Part shown: in pieces, positions 1 to 12,749 of the stretch
Layout of the letters: each line of letters starts with the position of its first letter
Numbering within the stretch: the first letter of the stretch is position 1
Assembly: GCA_964106915.2 (NCBI GenBank)
Contig: OZ066922.1
Origin: Podarcis gaigeae
Taxonomy: Eukaryota
Length of the DNA: 64,000 bases
Direction: 5' to 3' (one strand)
Made by a program: the position numbers and the translations under genes
The notes under the pieces: generated by a model
What the model saw: only the letters and a program-made list of their open reading frames with translations
Database searches by the model: none
What the model was told of the DNA's origin: nothing

Positions 1-1129
1 TTAGTTTAGCCATTGAAGCAAACTCTCCAGAGGTATTTCTAATGTATTATTATTATTAATCATGAAAAACACACCCTTTTTTAATGGCTCCCTTTGTTAG
101 ATAACAAAAGCTAACTGGTGCACCTGCCTTAGAAATAAATAAATAATGGGCAGATTTTTCAGCTAGATAAATACAGTTATGTGCAGTACAGATATTCCTT
201 TGCACACCTCAGCAGCCTCCTTAAAAGTATCTCATATGCTGATACATGTTATATTCAGTTCGGTTAACACACCGGATTCTGACAAACTGTAAAGCAACTG
301 AAGACAGTGTAGCAAAAGGTTGACAGCTTAGATTGCAGAGATTGCCTTAAATACTAGGTGGAGGCAATATCATTTTAACCTCAGACTGACCGAGCAACTG
401 TATCAAGCAAAAGGACATAAAAAAAACTTTAATCAATAGAAAGATGTCATGATCACATAGAAAAAGAAAAATGATTGTAAGTCATAGTGATGGATTTTTT
501 TTCGCACAATAAGCTTCTCCTCCCGCACTGCGAGAGAATCACACAGAGCAAGGATGGAGGAGAAGAAGCAGCAGGAGGGAGGAGGTGCCAAAACACCTTC
601 CTTCTGAAACAACAATTGCCTTGAACAATAAGCACACCAGCTCAGGGAGAAAATCTTTGAGTGCAGTATGTTCACGATCAAGGACAACAATCTTTTCAGT
701 AATTATCATAAACATAATTGTGCAAACCTAACACGTCCTTCAGGAAGCAGAATGAAAAGTACACAACTTTTCATATTAGCCAACTCTAATCCTTCACGAT
801 CTGAATGCTCATCTTTGATGCAATGGAAACAGCTATGAACCAAAGGCTACATAATATACCAACAAACAAAACCTTTCCAGTTCTCTCATGGAGGAAAGTA
901 AGAAGAATGTTAATTATACATTTCAAACTCTCTGCTGCTGCTGTAAAAGTGGTACCTGATCAAAACTTGCTGTTTGATTAGTTTTTAAACACATACACGG
1001 AGGCAATGCCCACTTCCATTGCCACCAGTGCCTGCTGCTACTATTTAATCAGTATTTAGCAATACTTGGGTTACCTTGGTAGCCTTACAGCTCTTCACTT
1101 GGAAATAGGTTTCATCAAGTGCTGAGACA

Positions 1130-1375
1130 GGCATAGGCTTCTCCGTGGCAGCCCCCGAGGTGTTGAACTCTTTTTCCTCAGAAGCGCATTTGTCACCTTC
1201 ATTATATTGCTTCCAGGGATGCACAACTGTACCCTGGCTGCTGACACATGAAGTGTATGTTTTTAGGACCCACCTCATATTTATGATTGTCAGCTATCTT
1301 AAGTTGTTTTGATATTGTGCTTTAATGCTGTAACCTCCCCTGCAATCTAAGAGTGAAGGATGGGTAATATATTTT
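1130..1375 (+). mobile_element. Decayed L2-type LINE 3' end
   Basis: Resembles the L2 ORF2 C-terminus (ttctccgtggcagcccccgaggtgttgaactct, FSVAAP..WNSL-like), followed by a T-rich 3' UTR and a tail of type tgtaacctcccctg...gaaggatgggtaata. Confidence 0.6.
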
Positions 1376-1442
1376 TGCTGTTGTTGTTGCTGATGTTGGA
1401 TATTACGTATATGGGTTGGCTTAAGACTTCATACAGAGGGAG

Positions 1443-1497
1443 GGGAAGGAAGGAAGGAAGGAAGGAAGGAAGGAAGGAAGGAAGGAAGGAAGGAAGG
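1443..1497. repeat. (GGAA)n microsatellite
   Basis: About 13 perfect GGAA units read directly. Confidence 0.98.
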
Positions 1498-4400
1498 CAT
1501 AGTCTTGCTATGCCCTACCCAATGGGCTGAATTGATTTAAATGGGCACAGTGAGAGAATGGCAAACCATAAGTGTAATGCAAGTAACTGGAGTAAACTTA
1601 AGGCCTCAGTAAGAAATAAAGGGTTGTCAGGGGTCGCAGAAGGATAGCGCAGAAAGAGCAACCACATCTACCTTTATGTTTCAGAGTAGCAATGGATGAA
1701 TCTGTTTATTTCCTCTTCTCTGCTGGAAGCCATCTTTTAAAAGAAAAACACACACAACAAAGAGTTCTCCTTTCACAAACGTTTTCTCTCTATCCTCTTC
1801 AGAAATCACAGATTCATAAACTGTATTCATAAATTACAGGTAGGAACCTTAGAGTTAACAATTGCCCTCAAGGAGGAAGCTAATAGTACATATATAATTA
1901 TTAATAACTGTAAATATCAATCTTGTATTACATCTACTAAGCACAATGTCCTAGCTTTACATATTATACTGCTTGCAGGAGGCAAAAAAACCACTCTGCT
2001 ATATGTGAAGACATATTTAGGTTTGGCCAAGTTGCCAATCAATTTATTTTAATACTTAAAGAATGAGTGTATGTATGATGGAGATGGCAATTAGAAACCA
2101 GTTCCTAAGCCCCTTGCTTATTTCAGTAATCCTCCTGAAACAAGCATGGATTAATAAATTAAATGTGAGAAACACCTTAATTTATCCATAAGGAATAATA
2201 GCAAAAGGCAAGGAGGAAGCATCCACAGAAGTCACACAGTTTCTAAAGCAAAGCAGACATCTACAGCATGCGAATACCAGGTCATTAATGCATGCATAGT
2301 ACTAAGGTCTCATCCAGTGCTGGAATGAGCATATGACATAGGGACTTCTTTTCATTTGAAAGGACCAAGCTCATTCTCGGAAAAAGCTGCAAAGAAGGGA
2401 TTCTGGATTACTATCTGCTCACTTGGGGGTGATATATACTCACCCCAGACAACCAGATGAGTGATTATTTTGCAAGCCTGTGGCTGTGATAGTAAATATA
2501 ATCTTCCTTATTTTCAACAAAAAGAAGAATTGGACAAGTTCGGTTGTGAATATAATTGGACAAACTGGATATGCCTTTCTCAATCTAGGCTTTCAAGTTC
2601 AGAATTGATGGATACTGTTCTGGTTGCAGTTGACATCTTCTTGATGAAGATCCTTTTATTTGAAACAGATACTTGCTTTTAAAAAACCCCTGTCTTGTCA
2701 AGCCTCTTTTCCCCTCTTACTCTCATTGCAATCTGTCTCAAACTTGGCTGGGAGGCTTATTGAGAATTTACTTTCTACACTGCCCTGGGCGGCCTTTCTT
2801 GTTCTCTTCTATTTCTCTATTGCTTCTTTTAATTACTGTTCTTCCTGAAACCAACTGTTTCTCCCGTGTAAAACAAATATACTCAATTTTCCGGCTGCAC
2901 TGATTGACAAAGCTGTCAGAGGTAAATGGGAGAGAAGGTTACAGGTGGTTGTGTTTTTCCCCCCCGTGTTTTTCCCCCCAAAGTAATTAAAAAGTTCTGA
3001 AAATAATGCACAGCATCTGGGACCTATTTGAGTTTTGACTATTCATTTCTAAAGAATGATAGTACCCACGTGTTCTCAATACAGGAATAAAAATACGCTG
3101 ACAGCGATAAACTGAGAATAACTTCCTAAAATGGTTGCCAAATGATGTTTAAACATTGCTGATATTAGATTATTCTGACACTCTCAGCCTAGGTACATTT
3201 ATTTTTATATATTCAAAATGCATGTTTGTAATGTACCTCTTAACTCCTGAGACTTAGTTTTCAGGTCACCCCCAATTATTGTGCCTATAATCTGAATTTT
3301 AAATTGGCATAACCTGTCCTGGATCTGATGGTGAAGGGAAAGTAATAAATTTACTACCACTACTTCTTCTAAATCTTCTAAATTCTTCTAAAGTTATGAA
3401 GTTCCTTTCATCTACTAAAGAAAATCTCAAGCTATTAACAAACCTCATTTATGAGCAAGATGATTTGTCTCTAACAGAGTAATCACAAGTGGTGCCATGG
3501 AGTAGTAAAGCAAGGGATCCACTGCTGCACTCCAAGCCTTGCAGGCCTGACCCTTCCAGGGCAGAAAGTTGTTTCTTTCTTTTTGCTATGCTAGCTCCAT
3601 ACTGGCCTTGGATCCCCACCATCAAAGCAGCCAGTTCCAAAACTGAGCAGGAGCATATGTTCATGAAGGGGGACAAACTCAGACTCCCTTTTGCAAACAA
3701 CCTTCACAAGAATTCATGTCAGTAATGCATTTAAATAAAGTGGGAAATGGTGTAGGCAGACAGGAAGACATTGTGAGTGTGGTTTCTGTGGTGGTGGTGG
3801 GGAGTGGCAATGCTGGGCTACTGGCTGGTGTTTTGCTGCCACTGAACAGGAGGCAAAGGAGGCAGTGGGGAAATTTCTGTGCTGGGTGCACTGGCAGAAC
3901 CAATCTGGCATGCCCACCAGTGTGCTGGCAGCACCGCAATGCATCTCCTACTTTGCCACCCTCCTCCTTAGTAAGTGGGGGAGGCACACCAGCTGAATGA
4001 GGGCAGAAGGCATGGCCTACTGTTTTCCACCCCATTACTGCCAGCTAATCAATATGTTTAGAATCAACTGTGAAAATGGCTATTGTCTCTGATGGTTGGA
4101 TTGAAAGGAACTGCAGATAAATTCCAAGTGTGGCAATAGGTTGGATCATCCAAAGCAGATGCTGAAACAGTAATATGGGGGGCTAACTATTTCCAGATAT
4201 AGTCAATATCAGGAACAAAGTTGTCCCTCCCCTGACAAACATCCTTACACAGCTTAAGCAAGCAGTGGTGGCTTTACTCTGAAAATTAATCTACTAAGGA
4301 AAATGTAGCAAAGCATGCAATATAAAAAAGCTTTTGTGCTGATTTGTTTCTTGTTTCCCATCAACAGTTCACACAGCTGAGCCATGGCAAACAGCACAGC

Positions 4401-4569
4401 AGCAGGCATGCCCAGGAACTGGATATTGCACAAGGCACAAACCATGCAAACACAGACAACCCTGCCTCGTTCCCGATGGAAGGTTTTGCCCATGTAGCAC
4501 CTTCCAGCTTTTTTCTTCTTGGTGGTACAATCACAGTTCTCATCTGGCTGCTGATCAACTAGTTAATTT

Positions 4570-5060
4570 TGATAATGGCATAAAGTTGCTGCAGTATATT
4601 GCAGTCTCTCAGATCCTTTTGCCATGATAAGAATGTTGCCCATGACAGCAAAGGACACTAAATGTGCTTTGCTGTTTACTGTATTCGGTAATGACTTGAA
4701 AATGTGGGCTATCGCTCTATTGAATTGCTACTTTTTCAGCTGGAAAGCAAACAGTTATTTACTTTAAGCTCAGGCTTATAATAGTTTTGTTTTGCTGTGT
4801 CTATAGTAGTGGTTAAGATTTTCATTTAATGTGTGAATTAATTCTGTCCTGTTGTGTTCAGACCATTTTAACAACAACTTCTTCTGTTTCAGCCTCTCCG
4901 CACTTTGCTTCCAATGTTTGCAGAAAAGGTCTTTAGGGAGTTGAGCTTCCTCTGCCCAGTGCTTTTTCTTGTCTGAAGTGAAGACAATTATTCTGCCCCT
5001 GAGGACTGGTTTGAGGGTTTCTTGGAGCATTACTAGTGCTACCTCTCCATTGTTATTAAT
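4570..5060 (-). mobile_element. Old L1-clade LINE ORF2 fragment (endonuclease-RT linker)
   Basis: ORF 4776..5030(-) contains ETLKPVLRGRIIVFTSDKKK, matching the L1 motif W(E/D)xxKAVLRGxxIxxxxxxKK; downstream SK*LFAFQLKK matches the L1 xKLLAxQLK motif; stops and frameshifts present. Confidence 0.75.
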
Positions 5061-5649
5061 TTGCAGGAACTCCTTTTATTCCCATTTGTTTGACACCTTT
5101 GAAAGGTGACTGTCCCAGAAGAAACTTGTGAAGTTGCCACAAGCTAGCTGTTGGTCTCAGGGCAGCTTTCAATGGTAGGAAAGAAACAGAACCAACATAC
5201 AGGAATAATTTCATACTTTTTCAACTTTCAATGCACAACATCATGGGGATGTACAGGCTCACACATACACAAGAATTAGCTTGGAATTAATTGTTAGAGT
5301 GTAGGAATAGCAGCTATGGACAATAATGGCAGCCCAGGGCATAGGAAGAGAGGCCACAACTGTAGATAACCAAACAGCAACAAGAATAGCTGGAATAAGT
5401 GAGTTAAGTATGCCCTCCTTCTTTGAATTTAGACCAATCTTTTGGACTTATTAAGCTCATGAAAGGAATGAATACCACATGCATATCCTACACCACAGTC
5501 TCCCAATGGTTCTTCCATATGATATGTTCAGAAAGGACATCTAGGAATAATTCACTTCAAGTTAGGGATAGGAGAATCAGTCAATTCCATTTTCTCTCAG
5601 TTTCTCATTTTTCCAGTCTTAAATTCAGCACTCCACATCAGAGCAACAC

Positions 5650-6125
5650 GTTGGCTGCAGGAGTTGCCAGAAGGAGGAATACAAGATGCCATTCATTCAT
5701 TTAAGGGACTCCACTCCGGATTTGTGTAGGGTTTACTCCTTAGCCCTCTCTTCTCCTGAAGGTCTTCCACAAGGCAGTGGAAGTTTAGGATCAGAGTTTT
5801 TATTCTCATCAATGGGCTACCTACCTGAGTTGACAAGCCCCATCTGCCCCTCACTTCCTTCTACAGCATGTGCAGAAACCACCTTATTGACGGTTGGACC
5901 CACTACTGGTCTCATGCACTGAAAGTGCTGGAGCTTGTCTTTGCATGCAGGGGAAGCCACTAACTCACCAAGGCTTTGAGACCCATCAGCTACCTTCACC
6001 TGGTTTAGCCTGCCAGTTGAAGCCATTTCCCAGGGTATGGCTGCTGTCACATGGTGTCAGCTTCTAGGAGCCACAGATGAGAGATGAATGCAGGGTGGAG
6101 ACCTAATCTGGACAGACTACCCCAG
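5650..6125 (-). mobile_element. RTE-clade LINE 5' region fragment
   Basis: Reverse strand reads ggtagcccattgatgagaataaaaactctgatcctaaacttccactgcc, resembling the RTE 5' motif ggagaaggaaaactctga...aaacc; GC-richer than the flanks. Confidence 0.5.
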
Positions 6126-9100
6126 AAGCAGCATGATGGTCAGTGAAAGCACACTCTTCATAAGGTATCCTAAGCCACACTTCAGGGCAACAGATGTAAC
6201 TTATGGAGTAGGTACACGGTATATGAACAGCCAAGGCACAATCCTGTGGCAATTTCTCCAGAGGGGAATGGAGCTTTTGCAATAGCTCAGTAATCTCCTC
6301 TGCCTTCAGAATCAGCGATGTAAGTGAATGTACTTTATCCTCCTAAATAAGACGCTGCTATTGTTGAAGGAAGTATGTCACACATGCTTCTCACAATAAT
6401 TGGCACTTTTATAGATCCATTGCTTTAAGTCTCTTTATTCAAAATAAAAAGAACACACAACAGCAATAGCTAACGAGCATACAATTGTGCACATTATGGC
6501 TCTTAAACTGGCTAGTTGATATATAATTAGACTACAGCAAATATATGTCGGCAATAAACAAGAGCGAGCCACAGTTTGGCAACAGATCTTCTTGATAGTA
6601 TATTGTGGGAGGGGAAAGGACAATGATTTAAAGACATTTGTTATTTCCTGAATTGAAGAACTGTAAATCTCTTGAGAGAATTAAGAACAGAGCAGCATAG
6701 ACCATTCCTTAGTTATGCTCTTCAAAGAATTATGCAAAACCAGTCAGTTTCCATTCAAACTGCTTTCTGCTATTAGGATTATTTCATCAATTGGCAGATC
6801 AGGGACCAAAAACCACTATGATTCAGATACAGCAGGCCTGCACAACTGCTGGCCCCTGAAGCCCAACACAGATTGGCCACCAGGAAGCAGTAGAAAGCTT
6901 GATGGGGCAGCAGCATTCATTTGACCTCCTGGCAACTGAGACACTGCTACTTACCAGGAAGGAGAGGGGAGAGGCTACAGGGGATTGGCCACAACTGCAT
7001 ACATGCTACCTGTATGTCTTTTGCACCTGGCACTGGTTTCTAGATCTTGGGGTTCTAGCAGAAGTGGCTCATCAGGTGGTACAGAGCCACTATTTTAGCT
7101 TCCTGGCAGGTGGGGTGCTGTTGTTTACTGGGAGGGAAAGAGGAGAGCAAGCAGGGAGTTTGGCGCACTGCAGTCACAACTTCAGGATTGCAGAATTGGT
7201 TCTGTCAGTGCATTTGCACCTTGCCTCTCTCATCCTGTAAGCAACAGCAGTCCATTTGGGAATCTAGTGTATGGCCCCACCCCACCTGTCTAGCCAATTC
7301 TGGGTTATATTTTTAAAAATGATGTATCAGTAGCTTTTTTTGGCTTTCATTTTTTGTTCTCTAGTTCATAATTCACTACTTTTGAGGTGATCCTCCACAC
7401 ATTCTAGGCAATTAATTTATTAATTTGAGTAATTTATAGTCTTTCTTCATTTTTTACAACTTTGAGGGTAGTTTCCAGTAATCTTAAGAATAATATAAAA
7501 ATTGAAAGGATAACAAACCCCAAATATCAATATAAAAATTAAAATGAGCAAGAATCAGAAGCACATGTTAACCCTGTAAACCCTGTTGAGTCAATAAGAA
7601 ATCAGCAGCAGCATTAGTATCAGTGTTAAAAATAATAATAAATAGTCTGCATGTGCCACAATAGCTGATCATAAAATTATTGGTTGTGTTACACCAATGG
7701 AGGACATTGAACTCGGGCTCACTAAGACTTGGCTCTAGAAGTTAATGTTCTCAGTCTCATGACCTTTTCTTTTTCCCCAATGAAAGCTTTGTACTGAAAG
7801 ATGTGTGAAAATAATAGAGAACAGTGTATTTAAAGTGCATTTCCCTCAAAGCTCTTTAATGGCCCCTTGTCTACATTTGAACTAATGAGGAAGAAATCCC
7901 AGGCCACAGAGTATAAGTTCTTGACAGGCATGAGTCTTAGCACATTTTTTCAAGGAAACTAATTATTATAATTTGAAATAGGTCATCCTAGGGGGATTCA
8001 CTCTACACCCCTTAATGTTGAGAGACCAGGAAGTCTGTACCAATCTGCCCCACCTCAAACAATGTACACACTCCATTTGCCCCACCCTGATTCTGACACT
8101 TGTGCCTGCCACACCCCTTGGAGTCTTTGTGTCAGTGCAGAAGAGTTCTATACAAATTTAGATTCATGCACATTGGAACAAGCAGGAACACAGCTCAGTG
8201 ATCTGGGCATTATCTTCACATACATCAGAATCTTCTCAGTTGCGGGGCCGGAGTGGGGCTTATTGAAGAATGAGGGGGAAAACAATTATTTTGCCAAGGA
8301 AAAGCTTCACGATTCACTCTCTCTTTCTCACACAAGTGCACACTTCAAAACTAGAACACCATCAAATCCCCAGTTTGCCAGAATTTATACGCTTTGTGAT
8401 ATAACAACTGTATCCAGTTGCAAAACAGCCTAACAAATCTGTCCAGAATCCATTAATTAGCTGGAGGCAAGCAGACAGGCTGCTAAATAGCCAGCCACAA
8501 CAGACATAAGTGATGTTCAATTTAACGTAATATATATATTATTGTAGTCAATACCAAAGAAATAAGCCAAAAGAATGCATGATGATCAGATCAGCTGACA
8601 ACAACTGGGAGAGTGAACTCAGGGAGGGCTGGCACAATCATTACGCTGAGTTAGGCAACCATCTCAGGTGGTGGGTGATGAGAGACAAGAAGCACAGTGA
8701 GAGTTTGGAGGATAGAGCTGTGCACCCCACTTTGCTTGCCCTGCGCCTCCTAAGCAGAGCTGTGTGCATCACATTGCCTGCTCTGGGCCTCCTACTGTCC
8801 TCAGGTGTGGTAGAAGATGCTGACTTATCATCAGGGTACCATTCAGTTGCCAGTCTGTCTGCTTCTGTATGCTGTTGAATATGAGAGGAGAAGTAGCAGT
8901 TGGTGCCTATACATTTTGCTAAAGGAGAATATAATTTTCAGGTGCGGTGGAGGGTTAGGATACAATTTGTTAGATAATAAAAGGAGGAGGTTATCAGTAA
9001 GGATGAGTAGAGCAATTTTCTTGGCTCTTCCCTCTTCCCTTTTGGAAGGCAAGGAGCACCATTTAGTTCACCTCTGTTGCCTAAATGTATTGGGCTGGCC

Positions 9101-10830
9101 CTGGGTACTGGATTTCAGCCTTGGAAGGAAGCCCCACTGAATTCACTGAGATTAATTTCCAAGTTAGACATGCATGGGCCTGTGCTGTGAGACTGCAATC
9201 CTATGCACACTATTCTGAGAGTATTGAATGCAGTGAGGTTTCTGAATGAGCTTGCATAGAACTATGTTGCAAGCATTTTTTCTACCGAGTTATGGTGTGT
9301 GAATGTCAGAATGCTATTGATATTGTTGTTTCTCTCTTCCACAGACAAAAGACAGAAAAATGCAATGGAGAATAATATCTGAAGAAGAAATGTTTTCCCC
9401 CAAACATTACAAAAGAAAGCAGGAAAAGAAAAAATGGTGGCCTTCATAACTCACCATTCTCCTAATTGAGTATGATAACGTAAAAGTATAGGTGTTGTTA
9501 CAGAACAACAGTCTAACAAAGCAAAACAAACAGCTTGAAGTCATCACCTAGTATTTCATGATCACAGTTCTAATATCGCCTGCTATCATAATTCAAACAG
9601 AAAAGAAAATTCTTCCACAGTTCATGGAACCTATGGTTCAAGCCAAGACAGCTTCCATGTGGCTCACCACACAATAAATTCGATCAGTCTAGAAGTTTAA
9701 CCAGTCAAGCAAAAGAACTGTCACAGCAAGCAAGATGGTCTTTCAGGAAAAAAATAATCTGGCGCAGCGCGTTCTTAAGCAGCAGGCCGGCCAGACTTCT
9801 GCGTCAATCGCGCTGATTTCACAGCAGTTCCTTGGCTTTAGAAAACTTAGCCCTACAGAATGTTCCACATGTTGTTCTTCCATTCATCTTTTCAAGCAAT
9901 AATATGTTTTTTTTCAACCTCATGAAAACAGTCAATCTGTCAACAAAGATCCTGGAAGATAACCTCTGCCTACCTGTTAATAGGCAGGCAACTGAGCTGT
10001 CACAAGCTGAGAGATCTGTGAGAATTGCAAGCAATCCAGCCCTAATGTGAGTTTAACCAGCTTGCACTACTCATCCTATTGCAGGCCTAATGCCTCAATT
10101 TCTGCATTTTGATTGCAATTAATTACAAGGGCTTGGATTCATATTTTCCTTACATGAACAAAGTGAACGTCACATTCATGAAACAGGGTTTTTCCACCTC
10201 CATCTTTCCTCTAAAGCCATGAAATCCTGCTCTACAGACTGTAAAACCCTTGGAAATGGTGTGTTGGTGGCAGGTAATAGGGGAGTTTACAGAAGTTTCT
10301 CTTCCTTGTGTAAATACAGGAGCATTTTAATATCCAAGTTAATGGATTTCAAATTGATTACTTCTTTTACGTCTTTTACGTCTGTGTGGCAGCTGACTCA
10401 GCAGCTCTTCTTCATATGGAAGCCTAGCTGCATATGTCCCAAGTGCACTGCATGGGTCTGTGTCACAAATATACAGCACTCTTTACAAAAGTGAATGCAG
10501 ACAGCTTGAAAACGCATGAGGAGGCTTCTGTAACAGTCCCAGTTCAACTCACGAACATCAACATTTTATTAATGCTCTTTCCAAAGCAACTTTGTGGGTT
10601 CCAAGTCATCCAGATCAGGTGCACTTTCATTTAATCTCCCATTATGTGGGCAATTATTTGCTAGATAACTCTTATCTGGAATGGCCTTGGAATGATTCCT
10701 GACAAACCCCCTGCCTGACCAGCAGATGATTAAAACCATGTGGAAGTCCTGACTCACGAAGAGCAGCGAGAGTATGGAAGAGCACTCCATGGTTGCCCAG
10801 GCAACAGGTTGCCTCCTCCTCCCCTGTACA

Positions 10831-11224
10831 AAGGATGGGGAAGAAATTCAGGTCCATTCACATTTTAATATGAATTTACCTAAGTCACACTTCCTGAAAC
10901 AATATGTGAATCAAAATGCAGCTATCCTTTGAAATTCAAGCTTCTTCAAATTTTGTGATGATTTTTTTCCAACCAAAAAAATGTTTCCAAAATATATATT
11001 AGGGAAAGTAAAGTAGAAAATGCATCTTATTCGGAAAATTGCTTGCAAAAGTGTGCCAAACCTGCATATAAAATATGTGTATTAGGAGAAACGAACAATT
11101 AAAATGGTTATATATGAAGACTTATTTAGAAAATGCAAACTGATGCAGAAATGTAGCAAACTGAAGGTATGTTTGGGGAAAAGAGAAAGTGAGAGAAACT
11201 AGAATTGATAGATTCATCCATCCT
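10831..11224. mobile_element. Non-autonomous DNA transposon-like repeat with AGGATGG...CCATCCT ends
   Basis: Short terminal inverted repeat aggatgg/ccatcct around an AT-rich body; related copies near 17040-17345, 18301-18590 (opposite orientation) and one ending near 30018. Confidence 0.55.
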
Positions 11225-12384
11225 GACTCTAAACTAGAGTTTCCAAGCAATAAGGGTTCCAAGTGTTCAATAAACATTGTGTTATATGGTGCTTATAAAG
11301 GCGTCCCCACAACTGCAGTTTTGTCATTGTGCGTCATTGAATTTTTTTGTTACCTATCCTGAGATGTTCTGAAATGCTCTGGATGTTTTTGTTTGTTAAA
11401 GCAGAGCAACAAAGGATTTTTAAAAAGCTTAAATGAAGCTTTCAACTTAAAAAGAAAAATATATATATACTCTGATGCTGAGCCTTAACAAAAAAACATT
11501 CCAAAGTTCTTCAGTGCTCTGCAGGCAACATTTTGGACAGCCTCACTTCTTGCAAAGCCCATGAGAAATGGGATATATGAAAACATGCAGTTACTCTCTC
11601 TCTCTGTGTGTGTGTGTGCATGTGTGTGTGTGTGTACACACAAAGAGAGAGACCAAGTGCTTTGTGGGTTTGTGGTGTCCCTGATCTGACTTGTGGGGTA
11701 ACTGACATCTTGCTTTCATTTCAGAGAGGAGAAAGACCTCTAAATCATATCGTTCCACCTCATTATTTGTTTCCCACAAGGAGACCCAACACAACCCCTA
11801 GTAGATATTGCTATCATGGCTGATGCTGATGAAAGACCTATCATCCACATTTTTTTAAATAATCCTCTTTAATAAAAAACAAAAACAAAGCTAGTGATTA
11901 CGACCATTTTCTCTGGTACTATAATGAAAACCCAACTTTCCCATTAAAATCAATTGGTATTTATAAACATCTAGCCTTACTCTGACGGTAGCAGCTCCCA
12001 AGGTCCCACAAAGAGAGTGGTCCCAGCTTTGCTCTCTGATCCTTCTTTTAATTGTATGCATGTAAAGCATGTACTCTAACACTGAATTATGAGACTTCAC
12101 TCATTATTCACTTCACTCACTGAACCTGCTTATTGTTTAAGGTTTCCATGTTCTGCCTTGTTCACTTATGGCAGATTGAGAAAATTTCAAAACGTTTCAG
12201 GTCCTGAAATATCTCAATTGTCATTCAGAAAAAAAATATATGAAATCTATAGAGTACATAAATTTGAATATTTGATACAATGCTTATTGAGATTCCTGGT
12301 TGGGAATTGTGGGACTGAGCTGGATATCCAGTGGTGGAAAGGGTTTTGTTCTCCCCCCCACACCCCAATGACATACCACTGTAC

Positions 12385-12695
12385 CACTGTCCATCATTCC
12401 ACCCGGACACTGAGGTCCAGCGCCAAGATCCTTCTGGTGGTTCCCTCACTGCCAGAAGCCAAGTTACAGGGAACCAGGCAGAGGGCCTTCTCAGTAATGG
12501 CACCTGCCCTGTGAAACGCCCTCACACCAGATGTCAAAGAGAACAACTACTACCAGACTTTTAGAAGACATCTGAAGGCAGCCCTGTTTGTTTAGGGAAG
12601 CTTTTAATGTTTGGTGCATTACTGTATTTTAATATTTGTTGGAAGCTGCCCAGAGTGGCTGGGGAAGCCCAGCCAGATGGGCGGGGTATAAATAA

Positions 12696-12749
<54 letters not shown>
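12385..12749 (+). mobile_element. Relatively young 5'-truncated L2-type LINE with (TTA)n tail
   Basis: Translation RTLRSSAKILLVVPSLPEAKLQGTRQRAFSVMAPAL* (L2 C-terminus RAFSVxAPxLWN), 3' end ggaagctgcccagagtggctgggg...gggcggggtataaataaa, then (TTA)n at about 12696-12749. Confidence 0.85.

Noticed and set aside
1660-1765. Minus-strand exon starting ATGGCTTCCAGC after a pyrimidine tract
   Set aside because: Stops in all three frames, AAG acceptor and weak donor (GTAGAT)
9100-9265. Hairpin-like sequence as a possible miRNA precursor
   Set aside because: Matches a dispersed palindromic MITE-like family (gcaatcctatgcacac...gcatag) also seen near 23590, 38040, 53290, 55390 and 59070; no known mature miRNA recognised
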